Assembly (NCBI GenBank): GCA_963806035.1 | Contig: CAWDWO010000038.1 | Coordinates: forward strand, 1-64,000 | DNA length: 64,000 nucleotides | Direction of reading: 5' to 3' | From: Candidatus Krumholzibacteriota bacterium | GTDB taxonomy: Bacteria; Krumholzibacteriota; Krumholzibacteriia; JAJRXK01 | Shown: piece by piece, positions 1-10,508 of the stretch | Numbering within the stretch: position 1 is the stretch's first letter | Layout: every line of letters starts with the position of its first letter | Notes under the pieces: generated by a model | The model's database searches: none | What the model saw: the letters and a program-made list of their open reading frames with translations, nothing else | What the model was told of the DNA's origin: nothing | Position numbers and translations under genes: made by a program

Positions 1-645
1 CATAAGTCCTCCGGTGCTCATGAGGATCACGGGGAGCGAAGGATATTCCGCGCGAATTCGAGCAGCTCCCTTTCCGTTTCCCATGCCGTCGATGGCTGAA
101 TCAACCACGAGGACAGGCTGGCGCGATTCGTACTCGGCGCACAATCGCAGGAATTCCTGTAGCTCGGATGCCACGAAGATTTCGTGACCCGCGGCCTTGA
201 GCCCCGTCAACAGAATGGAGCGGATAAAAGTATCCGCCACCGCGAAGAGGACTAAACCGGTGGTGCCAGCTCCCGTAGCGGCCTCGACGACCGCGTCGGA
301 TTCAGGCCCCGTGGGGGGGGTGGAGGTTCCTCTCGAACTCAGATTTCCAGCGAAGGGAGGAGTGGATTCGCCGGACTCGGTGTACCGCAGTATCTCCTCG
401 GAGAAGCCATAGATCGTGCTGGCGGCGGCATGCGCCGCCTCGATGGCTTTTGCGATTGCATCCCTGACGGCATCCTGTTCTTTCAGCTGTCCGGAGGCCA
501 GGTCCAAGTAGCCGAGGACCGCGGTGAGCGCGTTGCTGACTTCATGAGTGGTCCGCCGGCTCAGGCGGATGAGTTCAGCGAGAGGATCAGCGGATGACTC
601 CTCTCGCTTGGACCAACCATGTTTGTCGCCACGGGCCGCCGACAT
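1..645 (-). CDS. HisKA-like (DHp) + response-regulator receiver protein, 3' end runs off window
   Basis: Manually translated (absent from ORF track because no stop in window). ATG at 645 with GAGGAG RBS right after the rocD stop; H-box RRTTHEVSNALTAVLGYLDL, then REC-like VLVVDSAIDGM...PSLPVILMS. Confidence 0.7.
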   Translation of the reverse strand, partial: MSAARGDKHGWSKREESSADPLAELIRLSRRTTHEVSNALTAVLGYLDLASGQLKEQDAVRDAIAKAIEAAHAAASTIYGFSEEILRYTESGESTPPFAGNLSSRGTSTPPTGPESDAVVEAATGAGTTGLVLFAVADTFIRSILLTGLKAAGHEIFVASELQEFLRLCAEYESRQPVLVVDSAIDGMGNGKGAARIRAEYPSLPVILMSTGGLM

Positions 646-652
646 GATCTCC

Positions 653-1876
653 TCAGATTGCCTCGAATACTCTGGTGATGATGCTGAGAGCTTGCTCCAG
701 CTCCTCTTCACTGATGATCAAAGGAGGTGCGAAGCGGATGATGTTCCCGTGAGTCTGCTTGGCGAGGAGGCCGTTTTCCTTCAGGGCCACGCACACGTCC
801 CAGGCTTCGAATCCTTCGTCGAAGACCACCGCGTTCAACAGTCCCTTCCCGCGCACGAGCTGAATGCGCGGGCAATCGATGGCGCGCAGGCGCTTCCGCA
901 GCTTCTCTCCGAGTTCATGGGAACGTTGGGCGAGATTCTCGCTGTCGAGAACCTCGATCGCGGCCTCTCCCACCGCGGCCGCCAGAGGGTTGCCCCCGAA
1001 AGTGGAGCCGTGCGATCCCGGCGTGAAAACGCCCAGAACATTCCTGTCCGCCACGACGGCCGAGACGGGCAGGACGCCGCCGCCGAGGGCCTTGCCCAGA
1101 CACATCATGTCGGGCCGGACCTCCTCGTGGTCGCAGGCGAACTTCTTCCCCGTGCGACAGAACCCTGTCTGGACTTCGTCCGCGATCATCAGGATGCCAT
1201 GTCTGGTGCAAATCTCCCGAACCGCCTTCAGGTAGCCATCGTCGGGTACATTGACGCCCGCTTCCCCTTGGATGGGCTCCACCAAGAAAGCCGCGGTATT
1301 TTCGTTGATGGCTTCCTCGAGTGCGCTGGCATCGTTGTAGGGAATGACGGGAAAGCCGGGAGTGAAGGGGCCAAAGCCCTCCCGCGCGATGGGATCGGTG
1401 GAGAAAGAGATGATGCTGATGGTGCGCCCGTGGAAGTTGTCGCGACAGGAGATGATCTCTTGCTTGCCGTCCTCGATTCCCTTGACCTGGTGGCCCCAAC
1501 GGCGCGCGGTCTTCAACGCGGTCTCCACCGCCTCGGCTCCGGTGTTCATGGGCAAGGCCATCTCATAGCCGGTGTAGGCACAGAGGCGCTCGAGAAAGCC
1601 CCCCATGCGGTCATTGTGGAACGCACGGCTGGTGAGAGTGCAGCGATTTGCCTGCTCCAGGAGAGCGGCCATGATGCGCGGATGCCGATGCCCCTGATTC
1701 ACGGCTGAATAGGCCGAGAGGAAGTCCATGTAGCGCCGGCCCTCCGGGTCCTCCACCCACACCCCTTGGGCGGTCGCGATGACCACGGGCAGGGGATGGT
1801 AGTTGTGCGCACCCACCCGCTCGGTGAGTTCGATGATCGACTCGCTGCTCGTGGTGGCCATCTTGCTCTCGCTCAT
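653..1876 (-). CDS. rocD: Ornithine--oxo-acid aminotransferase (class III PLP)
   Basis: [59 protein letters not shown]; start trimmed to MSESK. Confidence 0.93.
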   Translation of the reverse strand: MSESKMATTSSESIIELTERVGAHNYHPLPVVIATAQGVWVEDPEGRRYMDFLSAYSAVNQGHRHPRIMAALLEQANRCTLTSRAFHNDRMGGFLERLCAYTGYEMALPMNTGAEAVETALKTARRWGHQVKGIEDGKQEIISCRDNFHGRTISIISFSTDPIAREGFGPFTPGFPVIPYNDASALEEAINENTAAFLVEPIQGEAGVNVPDDGYLKAVREICTRHGILMIADEVQTGFCRTGKKFACDHEEVRPDMMCLGKALGGGVLPVSAVVADRNVLGVFTPGSHGSTFGGNPLAAAVGEAAIEVLDSENLAQRSHELGEKLRKRLRAIDCPRIQLVRGKGLLNAVVFDEGFEAWDVCVALKENGLLAKQTHGNIIRFAPPLIISEEELEQALSIITRVFEAI

Positions 1877-2009
1877 CTCGGGGACGTCCTTTCCTGGGGT
1901 AGGGGCCGCTCGCCTGGACAGCGTTGGCCCCGGCTCGAAGCGCTCGAAAAGGCCCTTTTTGCCGGCAGGCTCTGACAAGAAGGGCTTCTGAGCCAATCTA
2001 GTGCGAACC

Positions 2010-3056
2010 ATGAACCAGGCAAAAAGCTTATCGCAAAGCTCCCCGGAAGAGTACCCCTCACAAAGCAAGGGCCCGGCTCGGGGATTCGCCGAGGTGGCCT
2101 CCATTCTCCTTGGTCTGCTCCTGCTCTTTTCGGCCGGGGCCAAAATTGCGGCGCCCAAGTCCTTCCTCGACGTGATCGGCCAGTTTCAGATCCTGCCCCG
2201 GGATTTCATCGTGCCGGTGGCGGCGGGGGTGACGGGCCTGGAACTCTCGCTGGCCGTGCTCTTCTTGACCGGCGCTTTCCGCCGGGCGGCCGCCTGGATC
2301 AACCTCATGCTGATGATGCTCTTCGTGGGTCTCATGACGGAGGCGATTCGCAGGGGTTTCGAGCAGTGCGGTTGTTTCGGGGAGGTCCTCCACCTTGCTC
2401 CCCGCCAAGAAATTTGGATCGATGCTCTCCTCCTCCTTCTCACCGTGGTGGTGATCTGGCGCGGGCGGAACCGTTCGTGGGGAAGCGCTGGATTGCGGCA
2501 CACCCTGGCCTGGGGAGCGCTCTGTACGGGCGCGTTCTTCTTCCTCCTGGGAGGGCCCGTTCCCGCTTCCACCGGGCAGTACGAGATCGATCCCGCCGCG
2601 CTCAAGGCTCTCGAGGGCGCCGACCCTCCGATCGAGATTCCCCAGAACGGGATGATCTTTCTCTTTTCCGCCGACTGTGACCACTGCTGGGCCTTCGCGG
2701 GAGGGGTGCAGATGACCGCCGACAAGCTGGCGGGGTTCGAGGTTCACGGGGTCACCTTCAGCTCCGAGGGGGAGCTCGCGCGCTTCAAGGAGAGCTTCGA
2801 GCCCAGCTACCCCATTCACCGCATCTCCAAGCAGGCCTTCAACCAGCTCATCGATGTCTATCCCGGCGCCATCTGGTTCAGGGATGGAGAGGTGGCGCAG
2901 GCGTGGAGTGGCTTCGTCCCCTCGCACCGCGAACTGGCGGATCTCGGGGGTTACGACATCAAACCGGACGCCGCGCCTGCCGCGCCGCAAAGCAAAGAGT
3001 CCGCGCCCTCGGGGGCGGGACTCTTCGGTGGCACGGTCAGCGGCCGTCACCGCTGA
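2010..3056 (+). CDS. MauE/DoxX-family membrane protein with C-terminal thioredoxin-like CxxC domain
   Basis: TM helices, QCGCFG MauE motif, C-terminal FSADCDHCW and YPG (cis-Pro-like); start uncertain. Confidence 0.75.
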   Translation: MNQAKSLSQSSPEEYPSQSKGPARGFAEVASILLGLLLLFSAGAKIAAPKSFLDVIGQFQILPRDFIVPVAAGVTGLELSLAVLFLTGAFRRAAAWINLMLMMLFVGLMTEAIRRGFEQCGCFGEVLHLAPRQEIWIDALLLLLTVVVIWRGRNRSWGSAGLRHTLAWGALCTGAFFFLLGGPVPASTGQYEIDPAALKALEGADPPIEIPQNGMIFLFSADCDHCWAFAGGVQMTADKLAGFEVHGVTFSSEGELARFKESFEPSYPIHRISKQAFNQLIDVYPGAIWFRDGEVAQAWSGFVPSHRELADLGGYDIKPDAAPAAPQSKESAPSGAGLFGGTVSGRHR

Positions 3057-3089
3057 GCGCTACTTCGGCTCGCGTCTTTTTGGGCTCGA

Positions 3090-6000
3090 TCAGCGCACGA
3101 GAGCCATTTTTCGGGTCTCGCTGAAGCCCAGCCCCTTCACCTGGTAAAGATAGACACCGCTGGAAACAGCGCTGCCCAGGTCGTCCTTTCCGTTCCACCT
3201 CACCGAGGTCACGACGCCCCCTTCCACCACCTGCTGGAAGAGCGTGCGTACGAGTTGCCCCTTGAGGTTGTAGATCTTCACGCCCACTTCGCCGCGGGAA
3301 GGTGCGGTGAAGCGAATCGTCGTCGAGGGATTGAAGGGGTTGGGGTGATTCTGCTCCACCAGGAGGCGGCGGATTCCCGGCTCTCCCGCCTGGGTCGCAG
3401 CTCCCGGATACACATTCTCGCCGAACGCGTTCAAGACTTCGGCCAAGAAGACCGACCGGTCCGAGACCCCCGTCGAGGACTTCGCGAAGGTATCGACCAC
3501 GTAGTTGAAGCCGAAGGGGAAGGTGAGGTCCACCCGACGGTACGAGTCGATCCCCACGAATTCGTTGCGCTCGTACCAAATGCCCGCGGCCGGTGGCAGA
3601 ACGGGTCCGCCCGCGCCGCCGTCGGTGAAGTTGTGCGATACGACGGCGCCCGTTCCGTTGTAGGGCTGAATGTAGTCGAACTTGTTGATGGAGGGGCAGC
3701 CCCCATTCGCGACCACGCCGGTGACGAAAGTGGAGGCGGGCGACCCGCTGGGTTGCACGTAGGGGGTGACCTGTCCGTTCAGGGCGGAGTTTGCATCATT
3801 CGTGACGTACTCGACGCCCATGGTGTTCTGCAAGTAGCTGAGGGTGGTCGATCCTTGACTGGACATACTCGAAGCGATGTTGTCGGCGAAGTAGGCGATG
3901 TAACGGTCGCCCGCCAGATGGTGCCAGTTTTCCAGGGTCGCCAGATCGTTGCTCTTGTCATTTCCGCTCTGATTGCTGCCGTCGCAAATCAGTCCCGAGC
4001 TCAGGTTGCCCGCCATGTAGAGAATGGTGTGGTAGCCCGAGAGCTGTGATCCTGTCGCGCCGTGGACACCGGCCGATCCGATCCCATTGCCCACGAGCGA
4101 GCTCGGGCCCACTACCGTGTAGGTATCGTAATCTCTTCCCTCGACCATACCATTCTGCGCCATCGCGTAGAGAAACTCCGATTCTCCGCCACGGGGTCCG
4201 AAATCCTTGATCGTGAGCGAGTTTTCGTCGTCGATCTCACCCACCACCGCTTGCTTCGTCTGCGCCGACAGAATGGGGGACTCCTCACCGCGGCGCCCGA
4301 AATCGTTGATCAAGAGAATCGAGGGTTGCTTCAAGCCGCCGAATCCGTCCGGCACGACCGAAGGAAGGGCCCGTACTGTGGCCAGGCGCGAGTATCCACT
4401 GCCAGAGAGGAAACCGGTAGTGTCCGCCGGCATGGTGCTCGTCTCTCCAAAGCTGTCCTCAGCTTCGATGAACCAGCGAAAGAGATCGCCGGGAAAAAAC
4501 ATGGCATCCTCATCGCTCTGATAGGGAGCCACGGCGGGGCCGTCGTTGGGCGCGTCGAAGAAGAACAGATCGTCGACGGCGTCGCCAAATTCGGTGCGAG
4601 CACTATCGCCCTCCACCGTACCGGTCCAGACGGGGAAGCCGCGGCTGCTGATGCCCGACATGGTCGCGCCGGCCGGCAATACTCTTACGGAGTCGAAAGC
4701 TGGATTGGCCTCCAGAGCCCAGCGCATCACCGGCAGGCCGTTACTTCCCGGACCGACCAGGGAGGACCCCGGGTTGACTGCCTTGATGGTCATGACCAGC
4801 GAGTCGCCGGCCACGTTCGCCGTCCCGTTGAGGTTGATGTCCTTGGCGGCGTCGATTCTCACCGAAGCGTTGGCGGCATCGCCCTGCCAGTTACTGGTGC
4901 CACTGTTGGGAAAGCTGTCCTGGAAGAGATCGACCTCGTTGCTGCTGAACTGGGGTCCCGTACCCTCGTATTTCCAGAAGCTCACGTTGTCGAAAAGAGG
5001 AGAGGGTGTGGCGTCTCCACCGGGGAGCGAAAAATACTGGGCCAGATCTTTCACGCCCAAGGCGATCTGAACTTTCTCCGGATAGTCCACGAGCAGGTCG
5101 GTGACGTCGTTGGTGATGGTGACGTAGAGCGGATTTTGTCCGTAATAGACGAAGCCGCGATCGCGCCAGGGAGACCAGTTGCCGTTTTCATCGGGATAGC
5201 TGCGGATTCTCCAGGTCCAGAAGATCCCGTTGTTCAGCGGCAGATGTTGCCAGACCGTGAACTGCAGGATCGCGCCGCCCTCGATGCCATCGTCGTAGCT
5301 GGTGTTGGAATCGTCCCAGGCGATTTCCGGTGACCAGAACTCGTTCATGAGCGTGCCCGCGGTCGGATCCAGACCGCCCTGGTAGTTGACGACGAACCCG
5401 CCGCTCGTGCCGTAGGCCCAGGTGCCCGAGACCGAACCTCCGGTGCTCTCCGTGGAATTCAGGGGCGGCGTGCCATCATCGATGAACGCGATCTGGGCGC
5501 TGTTGTCGGTCGAGCAAGGATCGATGTCGAAAAAGAGTGGCCAAACCCGGCCGAAGTTTCCCACGAAATGAGAGGGAGAGGCAGCCCATCCCTCGGTGTC
5601 GTAAGCGCCTCCACCGAGATCTTCGAAAGTGGCTACGCCGTCGCCGTGGGCGGTCACCAGATTGCCATTGAAGTAGACCCGGATGTTGTCCACCTGAACC
5701 GCTCCGTCGCTGGGATACAGACCGTCTGCATCGGATCCCGAGCTATCGGTCTGAACGCGAAGGCGCAAGTGCACCTGATAGTTGGAATACATGAGTGGGG
5801 TGAAAAAGATGGTCTGATCGAAGTGCGCCGGCGTGGTGAAATTCCCTTGATTGTCCCGCGTATCCCCGGTGAAGGTGGCCAGGGTCTTCAGGACTCCCGC
5901 CGAGTCGTACTCGACCACGAAGAAATCCGAGTTGGGCTCCAGGTCCATGTTGTAGTCGAAGGTAATCCGCACGTTGGCGCTCACCACGGGATTGGTGGGA

Positions 6001-6464
6001 GCGCTCCAGTCGAGCAAGTCATCCATGTCGTTTGCATAGCCCGGTGCGGTGCTGTATCCGGACTCTCCCGCCTCGGCCCCGCAAAACATGGCGTGATTCT
6101 GCGCGATGGCATCCAGGTTGGCCGCGTTGAATTCGCTGACGTGCCACAGGGGAGTGTGCTCGGTGAGATCCACGGGAGTCCAGCCCTGCAGGGTAGGCAT
6201 GAGCTCTAGCGTATTGAATTCACCCTCGGGACGGCGGTCGTTGAGCCCCCCGGGATGTTCGCCACCGTAGATGTTCCAGTAGAGGGTGGAAGCTCCGCTG
6301 AGCTTCTGCTGAGAGCTGTTGATGGTCACGTTCGAACCGAACTCCGCAATGTGCGGCGCTTCAGTAGGCGCCGCGCTTTGCTGGCTGGAACTGGCGGGGG
6401 AAGGGAGAGGTAGCGAGATCAAAAACAACGCGAGACCGCAGGCGAGGACGCGGGTCGAGCTCAT
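3090..6464 (-). CDS. Large secreted protein with C-terminal FlgD-Ig/T9SS-like sorting domain
   Basis: Signal peptide MSSTRVLACGLALFLISLPLPSPA; C-terminus QNHPNPFNPSTTIRF...WNGKDD...SSGVYLYQV. Confidence 0.8.
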   Translation of the reverse strand: MSSTRVLACGLALFLISLPLPSPASSSQQSAAPTEAPHIAEFGSNVTINSSQQKLSGASTLYWNIYGGEHPGGLNDRRPEGEFNTLELMPTLQGWTPVDLTEHTPLWHVSEFNAANLDAIAQNHAMFCGAEAGESGYSTAPGYANDMDDLLDWSAPTNPVVSANVRITFDYNMDLEPNSDFFVVEYDSAGVLKTLATFTGDTRDNQGNFTTPAHFDQTIFFTPLMYSNYQVHLRLRVQTDSSGSDADGLYPSDGAVQVDNIRVYFNGNLVTAHGDGVATFEDLGGGAYDTEGWAASPSHFVGNFGRVWPLFFDIDPCSTDNSAQIAFIDDGTPPLNSTESTGGSVSGTWAYGTSGGFVVNYQGGLDPTAGTLMNEFWSPEIAWDDSNTSYDDGIEGGAILQFTVWQHLPLNNGIFWTWRIRSYPDENGNWSPWRDRGFVYYGQNPLYVTITNDVTDLLVDYPEKVQIALGVKDLAQYFSLPGGDATPSPLFDNVSFWKYEGTGPQFSSNEVDLFQDSFPNSGTSNWQGDAANASVRIDAAKDINLNGTANVAGDSLVMTIKAVNPGSSLVGPGSNGLPVMRWALEANPAFDSVRVLPAGATMSGISSRGFPVWTGTVEGDSARTEFGDAVDDLFFFDAPNDGPAVAPYQSDEDAMFFPGDLFRWFIEAEDSFGETSTMPADTTGFLSGSGYSRLATVRALPSVVPDGFGGLKQPSILLINDFGRRGEESPILSAQTKQAVVGEIDDENSLTIKDFGPRGGESEFLYAMAQNGMVEGRDYDTYTVVGPSSLVGNGIGSAGVHGATGSQLSGYHTILYMAGNLSSGLICDGSNQSGNDKSNDLATLENWHHLAGDRYIAYFADNIASSMSSQGSTTLSYLQNTMGVEYVTNDANSALNGQVTPYVQPSGSPASTFVTGVVANGGCPSINKFDYIQPYNGTGAVVSHNFTDGGAGGPVLPPAAGIWYERNEFVGIDSYRRVDLTFPFGFNYVVDTFAKSSTGVSDRSVFLAEVLNAFGENVYPGAATQAGEPGIRRLLVEQNHPNPFNPSTTIRFTAPSRGEVGVKIYNLKGQLVRTLFQQVVEGGVVTSVRWNGKDDLGSAVSSGVYLYQVKGLGFSETRKMALVR

Positions 6465-6872
6465 GGATGTACCTTCCGAGCGATCGAGTTCGGGAATCTT
6501 GGCGAGGAGGGTCCGTGAGAAACTCACGCCCCCCTTCACGTTCTGATCGAACGCGCACTCTCTCAGGCAGGCAGCTGGCAGGACTGGATCCGACTGCTTC
6601 GACAAGGATGTACAGCAGCGGATACAGGAAGCCTTCCCGCACGGCAACGCGGGGGGAGCCGGCTAGACCTGGAGTCGGGCCCGTCACTTCAGCCCCATCA
6701 GTCTATCCCATCGCGCGCCCTCTTGGCAATATGGCCGCCTGCACTTGGCGCTGGACGGAAGGCGCCAAGCGCCTATATTGCCAACAATTAGGGGGTTTTC
6801 TTCAGGGACTCGGCCAGGGATGTCCGGCGCGCCAGGCGCGTCATCGGGTGTCCGGTTTCGGGAGGTTGGAGC

Positions 6873-8834
6873 ATGCGGCAGAACGCCATCGAGAAGATCG
6901 TGCAGCGCTACGCGGTCGCCTTGGCTGAAGGACAGCTCGTGCACGCGGAAGATTTTGTGACCGTGCGTCCCTTGCACGTGATGACCCACGACAACAGCGG
7001 CGCGGTGCTCAACAAGTTCCACGCGCTGGGCGCGAAGAGAGTCTTCGATCCCTCGCAACCGGTATTTGCTCTCGATCACGACGTGCAGAATACCTCGGAG
7101 GCGAACCTGAGCAAGTACGCGCGCATCGAGGAATTCGCGCGAGAGCAAGGGATCGCCTTTCATCCGGCGGGAAGAGGAATCGGCCATCAGATCATGGCTG
7201 AGGAAGGTTTCGCGCTTCCCGGTGCTCTCGTGGTGGGAAGCGACTCGCACAGCAATCTTTATGGTGCCCTCAGTGCTCTGGGCACCCCCGTGGTGCGCAC
7301 CGACGCCGCCGCCATCTGGACGACGGGCACGACTTGGTGGCAGGTACCCAAGACGGTCCGGGTGAATCTACTGAACCGTTTGCGTCCGGGAGTGAGTGGG
7401 AAGGACGTGATCCTGAGTCTCATCGCGCTCTACCAAAACGATGAGGTCCTCAACCACGCGATCGAGTTCCATGGCCCCGGAGTACGCGCTTTGAGCATGG
7501 ATGCGCGGATGACGATCGCGAACATGACGACCGAATGGGGTGCGCTCGCGGGCTGGTTCCCCTTCGATGAAGTGTTGCTGGAGTGGCTGCACGAGCGCGC
7601 GCGCCATTTCCAAAAGCGCGGCGACGCAAATCCCCGCCTCACGCCAGATTCGGTCGAAAAGCTCTACTCGGAGCGCGTAGAGCCGGACGAGGATGCATGG
7701 TACGCCAAGGAGATCGACTTCGACCTTGCGCGGGTGAGTCCCTACGTTGCCGGGCCGGATCAGGTGAAGGTCGCCGCATCGGTGGCGGAGATGGCGCCCA
7801 GAAGGATCAAGGTGGACAAGGCATTTCTGCTCTCCTGCGTAAACAGTCGTCTGGAAGATCTGCAGCAGGCCGCGGCAGTGTTGCGCGGGAAGCGCGTGGC
7901 GGATGGGGTGGAACTCTATCTTGCCGCCGCCTCCAGCGAGATCGAAGCGGCCGCCACCGCCGACGGCAGCTGGCAAGCTCTCTTGGAGGCCGGCGCGATT
8001 CCCCTGCCACCCGGATGTGGTCCCTGCATCGGATTGGGACAGGGTACTCTCGAGGAGAACGAAGTGGGGATCAGCGCCACCAACCGCAACTTCAAGGGGA
8101 GGATGGGCAATCGCAGCGCGCAGTGCTATCTCGCGAGTCCCGCGGTCGTGGCCGCGTCCGCGGTCGCGGGATACATCGCCGGACCGGATGCGCCGGAGGA
8201 TTCCATCCCCGCGGCGCGGCTACGCGCGAATCCCGCACCGAAGCGGACGAGCGGCCCGAGCAGCACCTTGCAGGGCTTCCCCGAGAAGCTGTCGGGGCGT
8301 CTGCTCTTCCTTCCCCAGGACAACCTCAACACGGACGGCATCTACGGGAAGGACTGGACCTACCGCGACGACATGAAGCCGCAGGAAATGGCCGAGGTCG
8401 CCATGCTGAACTACGACCCCGAATTCCAGAAGATCGCCAAGGAGGGCGACATCCTGGTGGGGGGGAAGAACTTCGGTTCGGGATCGTCCCGGGAGCAGGC
8501 TGCGACCGCCCTGAAGTTCCGCGGAATTCAGCTCATCCTCGCGGCCTCGTTCAGCGAGACCTACAAACGCAACGCATTCAACAACGGATTCTTGGTCGTG
8601 GAATGTCCCGAGTTGGTGGAGGCCTTGCGGGAGGCGCAGGACGAAGCGGTGCGGTCCAATCGCAAGACGATTCCTTGCTCCGGTACGGCCCTCGTGGACT
8701 TCTTGAACGCCGAGGTCAGCTACCAGGGAACGAGCTTTCCCATCGCGGTGCTCTCCAGCACCGCGCAAGAGCTCGTGCTGGCCGGGGGGAGCGAAGGTCT
8801 CGTACGCCAACAGCTCGTGCGTCAGGCCCGGTAG
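6873..8834 (+). CDS. lysF: Homoaconitase, single-chain (fungal Lys4/LysF type), aconitase family
   Basis: EKIVQRYAV, MTHDN, DSHSN, TPVVRTDAAAIW.TG.TWWQ.P, ANMTTEWGAL, Fe-S Cys (SCVNSR, CGPCIG), fused swivel domain NTDGIY, NFGSGSSREQA. Confidence 0.85.
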   Translation: MRQNAIEKIVQRYAVALAEGQLVHAEDFVTVRPLHVMTHDNSGAVLNKFHALGAKRVFDPSQPVFALDHDVQNTSEANLSKYARIEEFAREQGIAFHPAGRGIGHQIMAEEGFALPGALVVGSDSHSNLYGALSALGTPVVRTDAAAIWTTGTTWWQVPKTVRVNLLNRLRPGVSGKDVILSLIALYQNDEVLNHAIEFHGPGVRALSMDARMTIANMTTEWGALAGWFPFDEVLLEWLHERARHFQKRGDANPRLTPDSVEKLYSERVEPDEDAWYAKEIDFDLARVSPYVAGPDQVKVAASVAEMAPRRIKVDKAFLLSCVNSRLEDLQQAAAVLRGKRVADGVELYLAAASSEIEAAATADGSWQALLEAGAIPLPPGCGPCIGLGQGTLEENEVGISATNRNFKGRMGNRSAQCYLASPAVVAASAVAGYIAGPDAPEDSIPAARLRANPAPKRTSGPSSTLQGFPEKLSGRLLFLPQDNLNTDGIYGKDWTYRDDMKPQEMAEVAMLNYDPEFQKIAKEGDILVGGKNFGSGSSREQAATALKFRGIQLILAASFSETYKRNAFNNGFLVVECPELVEALREAQDEAVRSNRKTIPCSGTALVDFLNAEVSYQGTSFPIAVLSSTAQELVLAGGSEGLVRQQLVRQAR

Positions 8835-9697
8835 AGCTCGTAGCTGAAGAGTCCCAGCGCGCTCCAGATGAACGCGAAGCTGAGCAGTTTCTCGTGACCG
8901 AAGGGTTCGTGAAACGCCAGGACCGCCAGGAGAAACTGTAGCGAGGGCGCCAGATACTGCAGGACCCCCACCGTCGAGTAGGGCAGCCGGCGCGCCGCGT
9001 TGGTGAACCACAAGAGCGGCAGCGCGGTGATCAGTCCGCCCGCGGCCAATAGGAATTTCAGGCCGCCATCCGCCCGCGCGAAGGCCAGGGCACCCCCCGC
9101 GCGCAGATGAAAGAGCCAGAGGAGGGCCAGAGGCGAGAGCAGGAGCGTTTCCAGGCAGAGCCCTTCCATTGGACCAGCAGCAACTCTTTTTCTTACAAGA
9201 CCATAAAAGCCGAAGCTCAGAGCTAGGATGAATGCCAGGCCGGGGAAGCTCCCCTGGCTGAGAGTGAGCATGAGCACCCCGACCGCGGCCAGGAGCACCG
9301 AGATTCGCTGCCGGGGCCGCAGCTTCTCGCGCAAGAATACGACGCCCAGGAGCACGTTCAGAAGCGGGTTGATGAAGTATCCCAGACTGGCCGAGAGCAC
9401 CTGGTCGTGACTCACGGCCCAGATGAAGGCGTACCAGTTGACGGCGATGAGGGCGGTGGAGAGAAGGAGGAGTCGGAAGGTGCGCCACTGTTTGAGAGTA
9501 CGCCAGGAACTAAGCAGGCGGCCGCGGAGAGCCAGGAGAGACAAAAGGAAGAGGGCCGACCACAGCACGCGGTGGCAGAGCACTTCCAGAGCGGTGACGC
9601 TGGCGACCGCCTTGAAGTAGAGGGCGATGAAGCCCCACCACAGATAGGCGGCCAGGCCGTAGGCCACTCCGACTTTGGTCTGCCGATCCGGGCTCAA
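8822..9697 (-). CDS. rarD: EamA/RarD family transporter
   Basis: AYLWWG, ASLGYFINPL, ALSFGFYGLVRK, QYLAPSLQF. Confidence 0.9.
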   Translation of the reverse strand: MSPDRQTKVGVAYGLAAYLWWGFIALYFKAVASVTALEVLCHRVLWSALFLLSLLALRGRLLSSWRTLKQWRTFRLLLLSTALIAVNWYAFIWAVSHDQVLSASLGYFINPLLNVLLGVVFLREKLRPRQRISVLLAAVGVLMLTLSQGSFPGLAFILALSFGFYGLVRKRVAAGPMEGLCLETLLLSPLALLWLFHLRAGGALAFARADGGLKFLLAAGGLITALPLLWFTNAARRLPYSTVGVLQYLAPSLQFLLAVLAFHEPFGHEKLLSFAFIWSALGLFSYELYRA

Positions 9698-10467
9698 CGG
9701 GCGCAGGTCTGCCGGCGTCCGCCGTCGATGGCGATGGTCTCGCCGGTGATCCAGCCCGCATCGTCACTGGCCAAGAAGGCGATGAGCGCGGCGACTTCGT
9801 CGGGTTCACCAACTCTACCCAAGGGATGCGTGGACTTGCTGTGCTCGAGAAACTCGGCGTAGTGCTTCTCGTCCATCCCGCCGTTGCGGTGCAAGTTCGT
9901 GCGCACCACACCCGGATTGACCGCATTCACGCGAACTTTGTTCTCCGCCAGCTCCAGAGCCAGGCAGCGCGTCAATTGATCCACTCCCGCCTTGCTCACG
10001 CAGTAGGCGAGGACGCCGGGGAAGGCCCTGGTTCCCGTCACGCTGCTCAGGTTGACGATGTTGCCCTGGCTCAGTTTCAAGTGAGGAATCGCGTGGCGAG
10101 TGAGCGCATAGAGTGAGCGCAGATTGATGTCCATCATCTCGTCGTAACTCGCCAGATCGGTTCGTTCCCAATCTCCACTGGCGATGATCCCGGCCGCGTT
10201 GACCAGGATGTCCAATCCACCGAGTTCCTCGGCAGTGGTCTCGACGAGTTGGACGCGGAATTCTTCGCGCGTGAGGTCTCCGTCGATGGTCCCCAGGGGC
10301 AGCTCGGCTCCCGCTTCCTCGGCAAGAGTGTCGAGCGCCTCCTTGTTGCGGCCGGTGGCGAGAACGATCGCTCCCTCGCGCACGAAGTGGAGCGCGGTGG
10401 CACGACCGATGCCCGAGCTGGCGCCGGTGACGAGCGCGCGTTTGCCTTCGAGTTTCCCTTTGTTCAT
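9694..10467 (-). CDS. Short-chain dehydrogenase/reductase (SDR)
   Basis: TGASSGIG, VNAAG, YCVSK catalytic motif, VNAVNPG. Confidence 0.9.
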   Translation of the reverse strand: MNKGKLEGKRALVTGASSGIGRATALHFVREGAIVLATGRNKEALDTLAEEAGAELPLGTIDGDLTREEFRVQLVETTAEELGGLDILVNAAGIIASGDWERTDLASYDEMMDINLRSLYALTRHAIPHLKLSQGNIVNLSSVTGTRAFPGVLAYCVSKAGVDQLTRCLALELAENKVRVNAVNPGVVRTNLHRNGGMDEKHYAEFLEHSKSTHPLGRVGEPDEVAALIAFLASDDAGWITGETIAIDGGRRQTCAR

Positions 10468-10508
10468 GAGAGTTCCTTTGTCCGCAAGCTTTCAGAAGCG
10501 TCGCAATC

